64,000 nt of DNA from Actinomycetota bacterium (GCA_031376485.1 JANMDV010000057.1:14092-78091), one strand, 5' to 3'; shown: positions 23,922-33,757, counted from the stretch's first letter. Translations and numbers: made by a program. Notes: generated by a model not told the origin, from the sequence alone.

Positions 23922-25625
23922 ATGGACGTCCTCGGTCGACTCGCCGATCGCATCGCCCGACCCACGGGCGCGGCGGTGGTCGCGGGACTCCTCTCCCTCG
24001 TGTTTGTGCTGTTCCTGCCCGCCGGCGAGGATGCTGCCGCGCACCTGTACCAAACCCAGCGCTGGAGTGACTGGGGATGGCAGTTCTGGGACAACTTTTG
24101 GTACGCGGGCCGCTACAGCCAGATCAACTACAGCCTGCTGTACTACCCGCTCGCCGCGATCCTGGGGACCGCCACGATCGTGGCCGCGTCGGTCGCAGGC
24201 GCCGCGGCGGCGTTCAGCCGGATCATCCATCGGCGCTGGGCAAGCGTCGCGACGTGGCCGTGCGTGGCGTTCGCGTTCCTTGCCCCCCTACCGGTGCTGA
24301 CCGGCACGTATCCGTTCCTGCTCGGCATTGCGCTCGGGCTGGCTGCCCTGGTGGCCCTGCAGGCGGGTCGGCGCAAGCTGACCATCGCGCTCGCCGCCCT
24401 CGTCGCGGTGGCGCATCTTCTGGCACTGCTGTTGCTCGTCACGGCCCTGATCGGCATTGCGGCCGCCACACCACGGTGGTGGCAACGCCACGGCGTCCGC
24501 ACCCTGGCGCTGGGACTCGCGACCGTCGTGGGCGCGGCGGCGCTGATGTGGCGGGCGTTCAGCACCCCGGGGGGCGAGTACCCGTTCGACATCCTCGACC
24601 TCGCCGTGGTGCTCGCGTTCTGCACCGCCGGTTGGCTCTTGGCACGTGGGCGTCCCGATCTGCGCATCTTGCTCGGCATCTTCGGCGTCTACGCCCTCCT
24701 GGCGGTCACGGCGTTCGCCATCTCGTCCCCGATCGGTGCCAACGTCGGACGCCTGCTGTTGTTCATGGGAGCGCCGCTGCTCTTGATACCGCTGGCCGCC
24801 AGGCGCTTCGAGCCCCGTGGCCTGACCGTGGCCGTTCTGGCGGGCGCATTGCTGTGGCAGACGTTTCCGGCCGTTGCCGGCCTTCGCACCGCCAACTCGG
24901 TGCGCTCGTCCAACGAGGAGTTCTGGTACCCCGTCGAGGCCTTCCTCGCCGCCCACGGCGACCCGAACCACCGGATCGAGGTCGTCGCGACCGACCAGCA
25001 CTGGGAGGCGTTCTTTCTTGCACGGCGGGGTGTCATGTTGACGCGGGGCTGGTACCGCCAGGACGACTTCCCCGCCAACCAGGACCTGTACGGGGAGCTG
25101 ACCGCGACCAAGTACCACACCTGGCTGCGGCGCCTGGGCGTGCAGTACGTCTTCCTGCCCGACGACAAGCTGGACTACAGCGCGCAGGCCGAGGCGGCGT
25201 TACTGCGCGAGTCGCAGGTGTTGCCGCTGGTGGCCCGCATCGGCGATTGGTCCGTCTACGAGGTGCCGAACGCGACGCCGATCGCAACACCGCCGGATCT
25301 GATCGAGATCCGGCACATCGACGCCCGGGAGGTCACGTTCGAGGTCAAACGCGCCGGCAACTATCGGCTGCGGCTGCGCTACACGCCGTACTGGCGGGTC
25401 ATCCGCGGCGATGCGTGCGTGGCACCGCGCGAGCCCTGGGCGACCGAGCTTCGTGTCGCCCAGCCGGGCACGATCACCCTGCGTTTCGAAGTCGGCGTCG
25501 GCAAGGTCGTCAAGACCGTGCTGGGTCGCGAAGCCGTCTGCGACGATCCCGCTACGGCGGACCCTGCCGAGGTGCCCAGGAGGGACCTCCGAGAGTCCAG
25601 TCCAGGCGTGCCTCGAAGTCGTTGA
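23922..25625 (+). CDS. polytopic membrane protein of unknown function (possibly GT-C-like)
   Basis: Track ORF 23922..25625. About 10 TMS followed by a soluble C-terminal domain. It directly follows the PBP gene. No domain recognised with confidence. Confidence 0.6.
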   Translation: MDVLGRLADRIARPTGAAVVAGLLSLVFVLFLPAGEDAAAHLYQTQRWSDWGWQFWDNFWYAGRYSQINYSLLYYPLAAILGTATIVAASVAGAAAAFSRIIHRRWASVATWPCVAFAFLAPLPVLTGTYPFLLGIALGLAALVALQAGRRKLTIALAALVAVAHLLALLLLVTALIGIAAATPRWWQRHGVRTLALGLATVVGAAALMWRAFSTPGGEYPFDILDLAVVLAFCTAGWLLARGRPDLRILLGIFGVYALLAVTAFAISSPIGANVGRLLLFMGAPLLLIPLAARRFEPRGLTVAVLAGALLWQTFPAVAGLRTANSVRSSNEEFWYPVEAFLAAHGDPNHRIEVVATDQHWEAFFLARRGVMLTRGWYRQDDFPANQDLYGELTATKYHTWLRRLGVQYVFLPDDKLDYSAQAEAALLRESQVLPLVARIGDWSVYEVPNATPIATPPDLIEIRHIDAREVTFEVKRAGNYRLRLRYTPYWRVIRGDACVAPREPWATELRVAQPGTITLRFEVGVGKVVKTVLGREAVCDDPATADPAEVPRRDLRESSPGVPRSR

Positions 25626-26283
25626 CAAACAGCGCCCACACCATCCACGCGAGGACCGAGACGACCCCGAAGAACGCGCTGCCACGGTAGATCGTCAGCG
25701 CGAAGGCGTCGCCGGTCTTCCTGCGAAGCCACGGCCACAGAGGATCCTTGGGGGCGACCTCGGCTTCGAAGTACGCGGTCGTCAGCACCCGCCACTTGAG
25801 CGCGAGCCACCCGACCCAAAACAGATCCCACGCCCCCCCCAAGGACGTGTAGTACGCGATCGCGTCCTTACGCCGACCCGCCTCGCCGACGTATTGCCAC
25901 ACGTCCAGGTGGGCGTGCCAGTCGGTGAGCGGCCAGAACAACATGACCCCGACGGAGTCGAACGTGTCGGACAACACGTGGGCCACCGCACCGATCAGAA
26001 ACGAGGTCGCCCAGATGCGATGCTTGGACCACAGCAGGATGATGAGCGAGACGACGATCGCAAACAGCAGGCTGTGCGTGAAGCCCACACCGGGAAACCC
26101 CCGGTGAAGCTGCACCGGATCGTCGACGATCTTGTGGTTGCCGGAGAAATCGAGGCCGTAGACGGCCCACTTGGTAAACAGATCCGGCGAGTAGGACCCC
26201 AGCAGGCAGAACGGCACGCTGATCGCGGCGCCCATGTGGGCCTTGATCAGGTACGGCTCGAGGTCGTGGGCGGCCCAACTCAC
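25552..26283 (-). CDS. membrane-bound metal-dependent hydrolase (YdjM/DUF457-like)
   Basis: Part of track ORF 25552..26586. The GTG 26283 start gives VSWAAHDLEPYLIKAHMGAAI. Has His-rich TMS motifs (GAVAHVLSDTFDS, FWPLTDWHAH). The 3' end overlaps the convergent gene by 74 nt. Confidence 0.6.
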   Translation of the reverse strand: MSWAAHDLEPYLIKAHMGAAISVPFCLLGSYSPDLFTKWAVYGLDFSGNHKIVDDPVQLHRGFPGVGFTHSLLFAIVVSLIILLWSKHRIWATSFLIGAVAHVLSDTFDSVGVMLFWPLTDWHAHLDVWQYVGEAGRRKDAIAYYTSLGGAWDLFWVGWLALKWRVLTTAYFEAEVAPKDPLWPWLRRKTGDAFALTIYRGSAFFGVVSVLAWMVWALFVNDFEARLDWTLGGPSWAPRQGPP

Positions 26284-26429
26284 CTGGCGCGGCGGCCGAG
26301 GATTTTGGGCGCGAGCACCGTCGCACCGAACACGAACAGGAGCGACTCCCAAAAGCCCAGCAGGAATGCGGGCGGAGACGCGATGCCGAGAGCGGCGTAG
26401 ACAGCGCCCGCGACGCACCAGTAGACGAC
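26280..26429 (-). CDS. possible small two-TMS protein coupled to the DUF457 gene
   Basis: The C-terminal part of track ORF 26280..26567 (VVYWCVAGAVYAALGIASPPAFLLGFWESLLFVFGATVLAPKILGRRAR). Its stop overlaps the downstream GTG (GTGA). The start is a guess. Confidence 0.25.
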   Translation of the reverse strand, partial: VVYWCVAGAVYAALGIASPPAFLLGFWESLLFVFGATVLAPKILGRRAR

Positions 26430-26538
26430 GGCCGGCCGGCCGGATCGCCCTGGTTGTGACGTGTGTGTGGGCGGCGTCTCGTCGAGCACGGCGGGACTGT
26501 AGCGATCGCGTGTGCATGCGGAGTACCGTGCGGCGCCG

Positions 26539-27477
26539 ATGCCCACGAGCGACGACATCCGCATCATGACCTGGAACCTGTTTCACGGCCAGGACGGTGC
26601 TCGGCTGGGGCCGACACTGCGCTCAGCCCTGCTACGCAGCGATGTCGCCGACGAGACCCACGTCCACGTCAACACCAAGTGGTTGCGCGAGATGGCGGCC
26701 CTGATCAGCTCCCGACGCCCGACGGTCGCCGCGCTGCAGGAGGTGCCCCCGCTTGGGGTTGCGGTATTGGCCGAGGCCACAAGCATGCAGGCGGTCCACG
26801 CGCTGATGCCGCCGCTCATCGGCACGACCCGGTTGCGTGGCCGGCTCGCCGGGCGCAACCCCGACCTGTGGCAGACGCACGAGGGCACCGCCAACGTGTT
26901 GCTGATCGCGCCGGAGTGGCAAATCGTGCCGGGCGGCGTGTGGACGGTGCGCCACAACCCGCCGGCGTTCGTCGTTCGACATGCGCGGGCACTGGACCTT
27001 GGACCACGCGAAACGCTTCATTGGCTACTCGAACCACGACGGCTCGTCGCCGCGCGACTGCGTCACCGGTCCGGCCGGACCCTGACCGTGGCGTCGATGC
27101 ATTGCCACAACTCGCTGGTGTGGGAGCTGATCGCGCGCGAGGTCCGCCGCGTCGTGCCGAAGATCCTCGAACGCGTCCCGCCTGATGAACCGGTGGTGGT
27201 GGCCGGCGACCTCAACGCCGCGGGCCGCGGGCATCCTGCGATCATGGCGCTCGATGCATTGGGCCTGACCGAGCAGACGGTGCAGGAACTCGTCCTGGAC
27301 CATATCTTTCACCGCCACCTGGACGTGGTCGCACCGCCGCGGGCGCTCCATACCGGCACGCGCGAACTGCCGGTCACCAGGAAGGGACGGGCCCGGCTGG
27401 TGCTGCTGTCAGACCACGACCCCGTGGAGGCGACCTACCGGCTCGCGGGGTGTGCCACCGCCGCGCCGACCACCTGA
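26539..27477 (+). CDS. endonuclease/exonuclease/phosphatase (EEP) family protein
   Basis: Track ORF 26512..27477. Motifs IRIMTWNLFHG, AALQEV, VVAGDLNA and LSDHDPV. ATG 26539 chosen as start. Confidence 0.75.
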   Translation: MPTSDDIRIMTWNLFHGQDGARLGPTLRSALLRSDVADETHVHVNTKWLREMAALISSRRPTVAALQEVPPLGVAVLAEATSMQAVHALMPPLIGTTRLRGRLAGRNPDLWQTHEGTANVLLIAPEWQIVPGGVWTVRHNPPAFVVRHARALDLGPRETLHWLLEPRRLVAARLRHRSGRTLTVASMHCHNSLVWELIAREVRRVVPKILERVPPDEPVVVAGDLNAAGRGHPAIMALDALGLTEQTVQELVLDHIFHRHLDVVAPPRALHTGTRELPVTRKGRARLVLLSDHDPVEATYRLAGCATAAPTT

Positions 27478-28514
27478 CGCACGCCGGCGGCAAAAGTGGC
27501 GACGTCGGCGTCGGTCGTGTCCCACGCGGTCATCCACCGCACCTGGCAGGTTGCGGCGTCCCACGGCCAGAAGAAGCACCACGCCTGAAGCGGCTCGATC
27601 GACCCGGCCGGGATGCGCGGAAAGACGCTGTTGACTCGGGGCGACTGCGCGTAGACGACACCGGGTATTTCAGACGTCAGTGCGTACAGCTCGCGGGCCT
27701 TGACGTTGGCGTGCGCAGCCAGCGCGATCCAAAGATCTCCGTCCAGCAGCGCCGAGAACTGCGCCGCGACGAAGCGCATCTTCGACGGGAGTTGCGTCAC
27801 CTGCTTGCGGACGAACCTGGCCGACCGCGCGAGCTCGGGGGCCAGGTACACGACGGCGTCCCCTCCGAGCATCCCGTTCTTGGTTCCGCCGAAGGTCAGC
27901 ACATCGACGCCGGCCTCGACGGTGAACGCGCGGAGCGCCGCGATGGTCCCACCCAGAGCGGCCACGGCGTTGGCGATCCGGGCGCCGTCCATATGAACCC
28001 GCATGCCGTACCGATGTGCGCGCTGGCAGAGCGCGCCGACCTCGTCCGCGGTGTACACGGTGCCGAGCTCCGTGCTCTGCGTGATCGAGACGACCCCCGG
28101 CTGTGCGTGGTGCTCGACGCCCAGCAGGTGTGCCAGTCCATCCAGTTGATCGGGGTGGAGTTTTGCGTCGTCGGAAGCAAGCTCGATGATCTTGGCGCCG
28201 AGGATCCGCTCTGGCGCGCCGGTCTCGTCGACGGCGATGTGCGCCCACCGGCTGCAGACCACCGCCTCGGCGGGCCCAAGCATCGTGGCCAATCCGAGGA
28301 TGTTGGCTCCCGTCCCGCCAAATGTCAGCAAGGTCGTCGTGTCCGCCCCGAACAACTCCTGGAACTGCGCCTGACACGCGCGGGTCCACGCGTCGTCGCC
28401 GTACGCGACTGCATGACCGACGTTAGCGCGGCCCACCGCCTCCAGCACCGCCGGGTGGATCCCGGCGGCATTATCGCTCGAGAACGATCGCGTCGGTGGA
28501 GCGGCAAGGACCAT
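27435..28514 (-). CDS. low-specificity threonine aldolase (PLP-dependent, beta-eliminating lyase family)
   Basis: Track ORF 27435..28514. FSSDNAAGIHPAVLEAV, with the PLP-Lys context TFGGTKNG. Confidence 0.85.
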   Translation of the reverse strand: MVLAAPPTRSFSSDNAAGIHPAVLEAVGRANVGHAVAYGDDAWTRACQAQFQELFGADTTTLLTFGGTGANILGLATMLGPAEAVVCSRWAHIAVDETGAPERILGAKIIELASDDAKLHPDQLDGLAHLLGVEHHAQPGVVSITQSTELGTVYTADEVGALCQRAHRYGMRVHMDGARIANAVAALGGTIAALRAFTVEAGVDVLTFGGTKNGMLGGDAVVYLAPELARSARFVRKQVTQLPSKMRFVAAQFSALLDGDLWIALAAHANVKARELYALTSEIPGVVYAQSPRVNSVFPRIPAGSIEPLQAWCFFWPWDAATCQVRWMTAWDTTDADVATFAAGVRQVVGAAVAHPASR

Positions 28515-28678
28515 TACCCGCAGTATCCCAGGGGCTCACCACTCGGTGTCTGACCCGACAAGGGACTCGTCGCGCGAAACATCGCCGCAGTGAGACTCGT
28601 TCTCGAACGCTGTGGACGATCGGCCACGCCCGACATCACGTTCGTGTGCGGTCAGCCGAATGCCGCCCCGCGAGTGGC

Positions 28679-29119
28679 TCAGGAGGAGGTGCCGCGCACC
28701 CACTCGAGCGACATCGCCACGATGCCGGACGCCGCCGCCGCCGCCAGCAACGCCACGGGTTGCGCGCGAAGTGGCGTCTGCGGCCCGTCTCCCAGATCAA
28801 GGGGGACCGCCACGCTCGAGATGCGCCACGCACTCCAGAGCGCCCACGCGAGACACAGCGCGCCCGCAACGGCGCAGATTCCCGCGAGCCAGCGCGACGA
28901 CTGCTCCCGTGGGTCGGAGTCACTTGCCGCGACGTACACGCCGATCGCAACGACGATGCCGGCGAGAACCGGCAGGCTCCACAGCTCGCCACGTACATCG
29001 ACACCGCGAACGACGACGACGCGGCCCGGCAGGTCGACGCGGTACCACCCCAAGAACGGCAGGGTCCCGGCACACGCGCCGAGTACCGCGACACCGAGGC
29101 CGAAGACCCGTGCCGTCAC
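28679..29119 (-). CDS. hypothetical membrane protein (4 TMS)
   Basis: Track ORF 28679..29119. ATGA overlap with the upstream DUF2079 gene. Confidence 0.55.
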   Translation of the reverse strand: MTARVFGLGVAVLGACAGTLPFLGWYRVDLPGRVVVVRGVDVRGELWSLPVLAGIVVAIGVYVAASDSDPREQSSRWLAGICAVAGALCLAWALWSAWRISSVAVPLDLGDGPQTPLRAQPVALLAAAAASGIVAMSLEWVRGTSS

Positions 29120-30597
29120 GGGGTGTCCTTGACCCGCCTGAACACCAGGACACCGTCACGTGCGAAGATCGTCGCGTAGTCGGCCCGCCGACGGAGCTGT
29201 TCGACGAGAACGGCGTGTTCTGCGGGCTTGACTTCGTCGCCCACATCGGCACGCGCTGTGTCGACGACGACGAAGTCCGCAGTGCCGATCGACGGAAAGA
29301 TGAGGATCGAGCGCCGGTCGGAGAGGTGTCCTCCGATCCGATTGGCGGCAGACACGGTGGCGTTCGGAGGAATCGTCGCGATCGCTTGACGAAGCAGGGC
29401 GGCGCGGTCGGGCACCGCAAACTGCTCCGCGCGCACCTGCGACCCGCCGGGGACGTGCTGCCAGAACGGCAGCGGACCCCACACATACCCCGACACCACC
29501 GCCGCCGCGATGAGCGCGCCGGCAAGAGGTCCCGGCGCGACGATCCGGGGGTGGAGCCAGGCCGGCAGGCGGCGGCTCCTGAGCGTGGCGAGCCCCCGGA
29601 TTGCCGCGGCCAGGAGGAACGGTGCGATGACCGCCGAGTAGTGGTATTCGATGCTGTGTTGCTCGGGTCGTGCGGACAACAGGTTGAGGACAAGGTCGGG
29701 GAGCGCGCCCGCCGCCAGGAGCGGGGCACCGAGCGATAGGGCCAGCAGCGGCACGAGCACTGCGAGGACGTACATGCCGCGATCGGCAGACACCGCAACC
29801 TCCACCGCATCCCACGGGTGTGTCACGAGCGTCTTCATGACGCCTCCGACGCCGTCACCCAGATCGCCATAGCGATCTTCGACGAACGCGTTGCCCCCAC
29901 CGGATCGGTAGTGCGGGATGATGAGGCCGACCGCGATCGCGGTCCACGCGACCGACAACACGGCCAGGATCGCGCCCGCGCGCCGGCGACCGAGGCTGAT
30001 CATCATCCACAGGCCCAGGATGGCGAGCGCGAGCCCGACCTGCTCCTTGGTCAGCGCCGCCAGGGTGGCGAGCACGGCCAGCGTGACGTACCGATCGGCG
30101 ACCGCCGCCCAGATGCACCACAGAAGCAGCGGCGCGGCGAGGGTCACTGGGTGGAAGTCGAAGAGGGTGGCCCACTGCACGGCAGGCAACAGGAGCGCAA
30201 CCGCCGCGAATGCGACGGCAAGCCGCGCGTCTTCGAGCCAGCGGCGGGCCAGCATGTACGCCGGGACGGCCATCGTCGCGACGGCAAGAGCTTGAACCAC
30301 GAGCAGCATCTCCGGGTGCGGCCAGACCTTCCACAGGGGTGCGAACAGCCCGAGGATCGGATCGACGTGCGCGCCCAGGCGCGAGACCCGGAGACCGTCG
30401 GGATCGCTGACCCGGAACAGCTCACCGCGCGAGGCGCTCCAGACGGCTTGCGTCATGTTGCCCAGGTCATAGCGGGCCGTAAAGAACCCCCGGTGGCGAA
30501 GTAATGAGAGCGGGATGAACACGGCCGCGTACGCCACGACGAGGCCTGCGACGACGACTCGTGGCCACCGCTCCGAACGCGCCGGCCGTGAACTCAC
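29116..30597 (-). CDS. DUF2079-family polytopic membrane protein (putative GT-C-type glycosyltransferase)
   Basis: Part of track ORF 29116..31476. GTG 30597 overlaps the upstream stop (GTGA). N-terminal motif FFTARYDLGNMTQAVWSASRGE, about 12 TMS and a soluble C-terminal domain. Confidence 0.7.
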   Translation of the reverse strand: MSSRPARSERWPRVVVAGLVVAYAAVFIPLSLLRHRGFFTARYDLGNMTQAVWSASRGELFRVSDPDGLRVSRLGAHVDPILGLFAPLWKVWPHPEMLLVVQALAVATMAVPAYMLARRWLEDARLAVAFAAVALLLPAVQWATLFDFHPVTLAAPLLLWCIWAAVADRYVTLAVLATLAALTKEQVGLALAILGLWMMISLGRRRAGAILAVLSVAWTAIAVGLIIPHYRSGGGNAFVEDRYGDLGDGVGGVMKTLVTHPWDAVEVAVSADRGMYVLAVLVPLLALSLGAPLLAAGALPDLVLNLLSARPEQHSIEYHYSAVIAPFLLAAAIRGLATLRSRRLPAWLHPRIVAPGPLAGALIAAAVVSGYVWGPLPFWQHVPGGSQVRAEQFAVPDRAALLRQAIATIPPNATVSAANRIGGHLSDRRSILIFPSIGTADFVVVDTARADVGDEVKPAEHAVLVEQLRRRADYATIFARDGVLVFRRVKDTP

Positions 30598-31538
30598 CGC
30601 CTGCGCCCGACCATGACAACGAGGCCGACGAATCCAAGTTCGAGCACCGTCATCACGAATCGCAGTCCAAAGGCGAGGGCCAGCGCCACCTCGCCGGGGA
30701 CGTGTCGAGCAAGCACGACGGCCAGGATGCCGTCGCGCACGCCGAGCCCGGACGGGATGATGAATGCCAGGAACGAGATGACAAAGGCGAACATGAACGC
30801 CAACCCGATCTCCACCACACCGCCCACCTCGGGCCCCGCCGCAGATCGCAGGAGCGCCCAGACCGCCGCCATGAGCACGGTGGTCCCGACCGTGTAGGAC
30901 ACGAGCAGCTTGCCGACCTGACGCCCGGTGAACAACGTGTCGAGGGCGGGTCGCCGAGCACGACGAAGTGCCCACGTCGACAGGCGCCGGAACGGGACGG
31001 GGTGCAGGCAGACCAGCACGACCGGCACCACGATCAGAAGCCACAACAACCGCGCGTCGCCGGGGTTGCCGTACCCGGCCAGGAACCCGACCGACGCAAC
31101 CGTCCCGATGCCGAGCGCCAATGCCTGCTCGTAGATGGTGGCGGTCAGCGTTGCGCGCTTCGGCACCCCCTGGTCGTGTGCCATGACGGCGCGTCCCACC
31201 ACCATCATCACATTGCCGGGGATGTAGCGCGCAAGGAGTGACCTGGCCCAGATCGACAGGCTGACGCGGCGGCGTGGATGGACCGGCGAGAGCCACTCCA
31301 CCGCGACGCAGTAGGTGAGCCCGCTGATCGCGTACGCCATGAGGAACAGTACGGCGCCGAGTGCCAACCACCCAGGCTCGAGGCGCCAGTCGTATTGCGA
31401 GACCTTGCTCCACCCCCGCGCCAGCGCGACGACAAGCGCCGCGACCACGAGCACGACGACGACCGTCGTGATCCAACGCCGGCGCAGCGATCGTGAGGGC
31501 TCGGGTACCTCTGTCTCGGGAGTGGTGTCAGTGGCCAT
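30594..31538 (-). CDS. UPF0104 / lysylphosphatidylglycerol-synthase-TM-like (flippase-like) membrane protein
   Basis: Track ORF 30594..31538. About 8 TMS, with the motif IIPSGLGVRDGIL near the C-terminus. Confidence 0.6.
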   Translation of the reverse strand: MATDTTPETEVPEPSRSLRRRWITTVVVVLVVAALVVALARGWSKVSQYDWRLEPGWLALGAVLFLMAYAISGLTYCVAVEWLSPVHPRRRVSLSIWARSLLARYIPGNVMMVVGRAVMAHDQGVPKRATLTATIYEQALALGIGTVASVGFLAGYGNPGDARLLWLLIVVPVVLVCLHPVPFRRLSTWALRRARRPALDTLFTGRQVGKLLVSYTVGTTVLMAAVWALLRSAAGPEVGGVVEIGLAFMFAFVISFLAFIIPSGLGVRDGILAVVLARHVPGEVALALAFGLRFVMTVLELGFVGLVVMVGRRR

Positions 31539-31684
31539 CGGGGGACCGAACTGTATTCCGGGCCCGGACCACGAGTATGAAGCGGTTATGACATCGGGTA
31601 TGAAGTTCGGCCGCCATCAGCGTTTGAGTCACCCGCAGGATGGCTCAGAGGCCGCCCAAGAGTCGTGCTGAGGGCGGCGTATGG

Positions 31685-32563
31685 TCAGCCGCCGTTGGCA
31701 CGCAGGAACGCCTGCGCGACGACGGTGGGGTCCTGGGCGTCGAGTTCGACCTGGCCGATGAGTGACCGGAGGTTGTCGGTGGTGACCAACGCGGCGACGC
31801 GCTCGAGCGTCGGTGCGAACGTCGCAGGCGCACTTGCAAGGTACACCTGCCCCGCGACGATGAGGCCGTGCCGGGGCGTACCCGCAAGGCGCCGGGTGCG
31901 GTCGCGCAGTGCGACGAGTGACAACCGGGCTGCACGGGGCTCCGCGGCGCTCGACAGCACACAGTGAACCCGGCGTGCGGCGATCAGGTCGAACCGTTTG
32001 GCATCCGCCGCGACGATGACCCGACGGAACCGCACCCGAAGCGCCGCGATGCCGTCGGCCCGCACGATGTGCGCGGCGGTCGCCGCATAGGTCAGGTTGC
32101 CGGCGGCCCGTCCGAGCGTCAGGAGTCCTGACAGCTTGTGGCCGCGGACAACCCCTTTGCGACACGCCACTTGCGGGGCATCGTCTGCCGGGCTGATGGC
32201 GAGGGGCACGTGACCGCGTGTGGCGAGCTGTGCCCCGAGCGTCGACGCCAACGCGGCATCGTCGCGCACACTCGGATGGGCGAGCACGCGCTCAAGGAGC
32301 GTCGCTGTCTCGGTTGCGTAGGCGTCGATTGTGCCTGCGGTCAGCGCGGCATCAGCTGCGCTCGCCGACGAAAGCGTCACCCGCGTGACCGTAAAACCCT
32401 GACCGAGGAGTGCCTGCGCGGAGACCTCGGCCGTCAGGCGGCTCGATGTCGTGCCAGTGTCGGCGATGGTCACCTGGGTGCCGGCACTCAGGCCGGTCGA
32501 GGCTGCGGCAAGTGCCGCGAAACCGGCGGCGGCGGCGCGAGGGCCTTTGCCGGAATAACTCAC
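31685..32563 (-). CDS. substrate-binding protein, OpuAC (glycine-betaine-binding)-like
   Basis: Track ORF 31685..32695. The GTIDAYATETATLL pattern is present. The upstream 130 nt of the ORF is repeat copy F. The only plausible start (GTG 32563) lies inside the repeat terminus. Confidence 0.5.
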   Translation of the reverse strand: MSYSGKGPRAAAAGFAALAAASTGLSAGTQVTIADTGTTSSRLTAEVSAQALLGQGFTVTRVTLSSASAADAALTAGTIDAYATETATLLERVLAHPSVRDDAALASTLGAQLATRGHVPLAISPADDAPQVACRKGVVRGHKLSGLLTLGRAAGNLTYAATAAHIVRADGIAALRVRFRRVIVAADAKRFDLIAARRVHCVLSSAAEPRAARLSLVALRDRTRRLAGTPRHGLIVAGQVYLASAPATFAPTLERVAALVTTDNLRSLIGQVELDAQDPTVVAQAFLRANGG

Positions 32564-32701
32564 GCGAAGGATGGCGAGCGAAAACCGCGTGAGGCGGTGC
32601 TGGTGAGCCTCGCTGCGACTGGTCGTCACAGCGATCTCGCCAGTGCCGTATCGCGACGGTGTGCGGCCGCCAACCGAGCGGGAGTGTTCCGCCACAGGCC
32701 C
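32541..32701 (+). repeat. palindromic intergenic repeat, copy F (161 nt)
   Basis: Termini GGGCCTTTGCCGGAATAACTC and GAGTGTTCCGCCACAGGCCC. Core GGCGAGCGAAAACCG..CTGGTGAGCCTCGCTGCGACTGGTCGTCACAGCGATCTCGCCAG. It ends 1 nt before the L,D-transpeptidase stop codon. Confidence 0.9.
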
Positions 32702-33748
32702 TTAAGTAACGCTGACAATGGTTCCATAGGACGCAAATTCGTAGACGCCACGTGCTTCGGGGTAGCCGATCCGGATGCAGCCGTGCGAGGCAGAGTACGC
32801 AGGCACGCTGGGGTACTCGTGGAACGCATACCCGCCGACGAAGTAGCTCGCGTACGGGAGCCACACGCTGAACGGGTTGGACCACGACATGCGCTCCTTG
32901 CGCCCGATGCGGAACGTGCCCCGCGGGGTGCGGCCGCCCACTCCTGTCGACACATGCACGGCGCGTCTGACCTGGCCCCGCTCGATCAACAGGGCCACGC
33001 CCCGGAATCGGTTGACCTCGATGCGACGGGACCGGCTCCTGACTCGCGGCGCCGGGATCTTGGCGACCGTGGCTCGTCGACGCGTTGCGAAGGTGGCGAG
33101 CCCGGTTCGTGGCAGCCCCTCCCACGCCTGGAATGCCAGAAGCGCCTGGGAGGTGCGGTAGTCGAGGCGCCCGTTGACGGCGTTGGCCGACAGATATCGA
33201 AGCTGTACCAGGCGCCGTTGCAGCGCGGCCATGCCGACCGGGATCGGCCCGATGACCTCACGTTTGGTCAACGACCCCAGGGTGATGACCGCTCCAGGAT
33301 CCGACCCCGCTGCCGGTATCTGTTCGTCACCCAGCAGTATCCGCACGCCGGCGACGTCGGCGGCGGCGGTCGCGGTGTGCGCGAGCTGCGCCAGGCGCTG
33401 ATCGACGTCATCACCCGTCCCGCCGACCGCGAACGTCTGGGACAGTCGCACGAAGGCGACGCCCCCCTGCACGACGATCTCCTGCGCCACGATGCCCTTG
33501 GGGATCGCGGTTCGGATGCCGTCCCGGCGTTCGGCCGCGGTGGGGCCGCGCAACAGCGAAGCCACGGCGACCTGCAACCGATCTGCGCCGTCGGGCACCA
33601 CGCGCTGCACGGTTTGCAGACGGTCGTCGCGCGCAAAGAACACGTCGACCTTGGTCGCCGCGAGCGCCGGTACGGCGGCGCCCAACGCGGCGAGGCCGAG
33701 CGCAAGCAATGTCAGCAGGCACACGGCCCGTCGCGCAGCAGTCGTCAC
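32702..33748 (-). CDS. L,D-transpeptidase (YkuD) with N-terminal GerMN-like and peptidoglycan-binding-like regions
   Basis: Track ORF 32702..33748. Signal peptide ...ALAATKV and catalytic motif SHGCIRI. Confidence 0.85.
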   Translation of the reverse strand: MTTAARRAVCLLTLLALGLAALGAAVPALAATKVDVFFARDDRLQTVQRVVPDGADRLQVAVASLLRGPTAAERRDGIRTAIPKGIVAQEIVVQGGVAFVRLSQTFAVGGTGDDVDQRLAQLAHTATAAADVAGVRILLGDEQIPAAGSDPGAVITLGSLTKREVIGPIPVGMAALQRRLVQLRYLSANAVNGRLDYRTSQALLAFQAWEGLPRTGLATFATRRRATVAKIPAPRVRSRSRRIEVNRFRGVALLIERGQVRRAVHVSTGVGGRTPRGTFRIGRKERMSWSNPFSVWLPYASYFVGGYAFHEYPSVPAYSASHGCIRIGYPEARGVYEFASYGTIVSVT

Positions 33749-33757
33749 ACCACGAAT

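Noticed and set aside
25552-26567. A frameshifted or pseudogenised DUF457 gene, suggested by two adjacent ORFs in different frames (26280..26567 and 25552..26586).
   Set aside because: The junction is a clean GTGA start/stop overlap like many others here. The downstream ORF from GTG 26283 already has a family-typical length and N-terminus, so two coupled ORFs is the simpler reading.
28545-28640. A possible additional degenerate copy of the palindromic repeat upstream of the threonine aldolase gene (GTGTCTGACCCGACAAGGGACTCGTCGCGCGAAACATCGCC...).
   Set aside because: Only short, scattered matches to the family termini and core, and no convincing two-armed hairpin. Too weak to call by eye.
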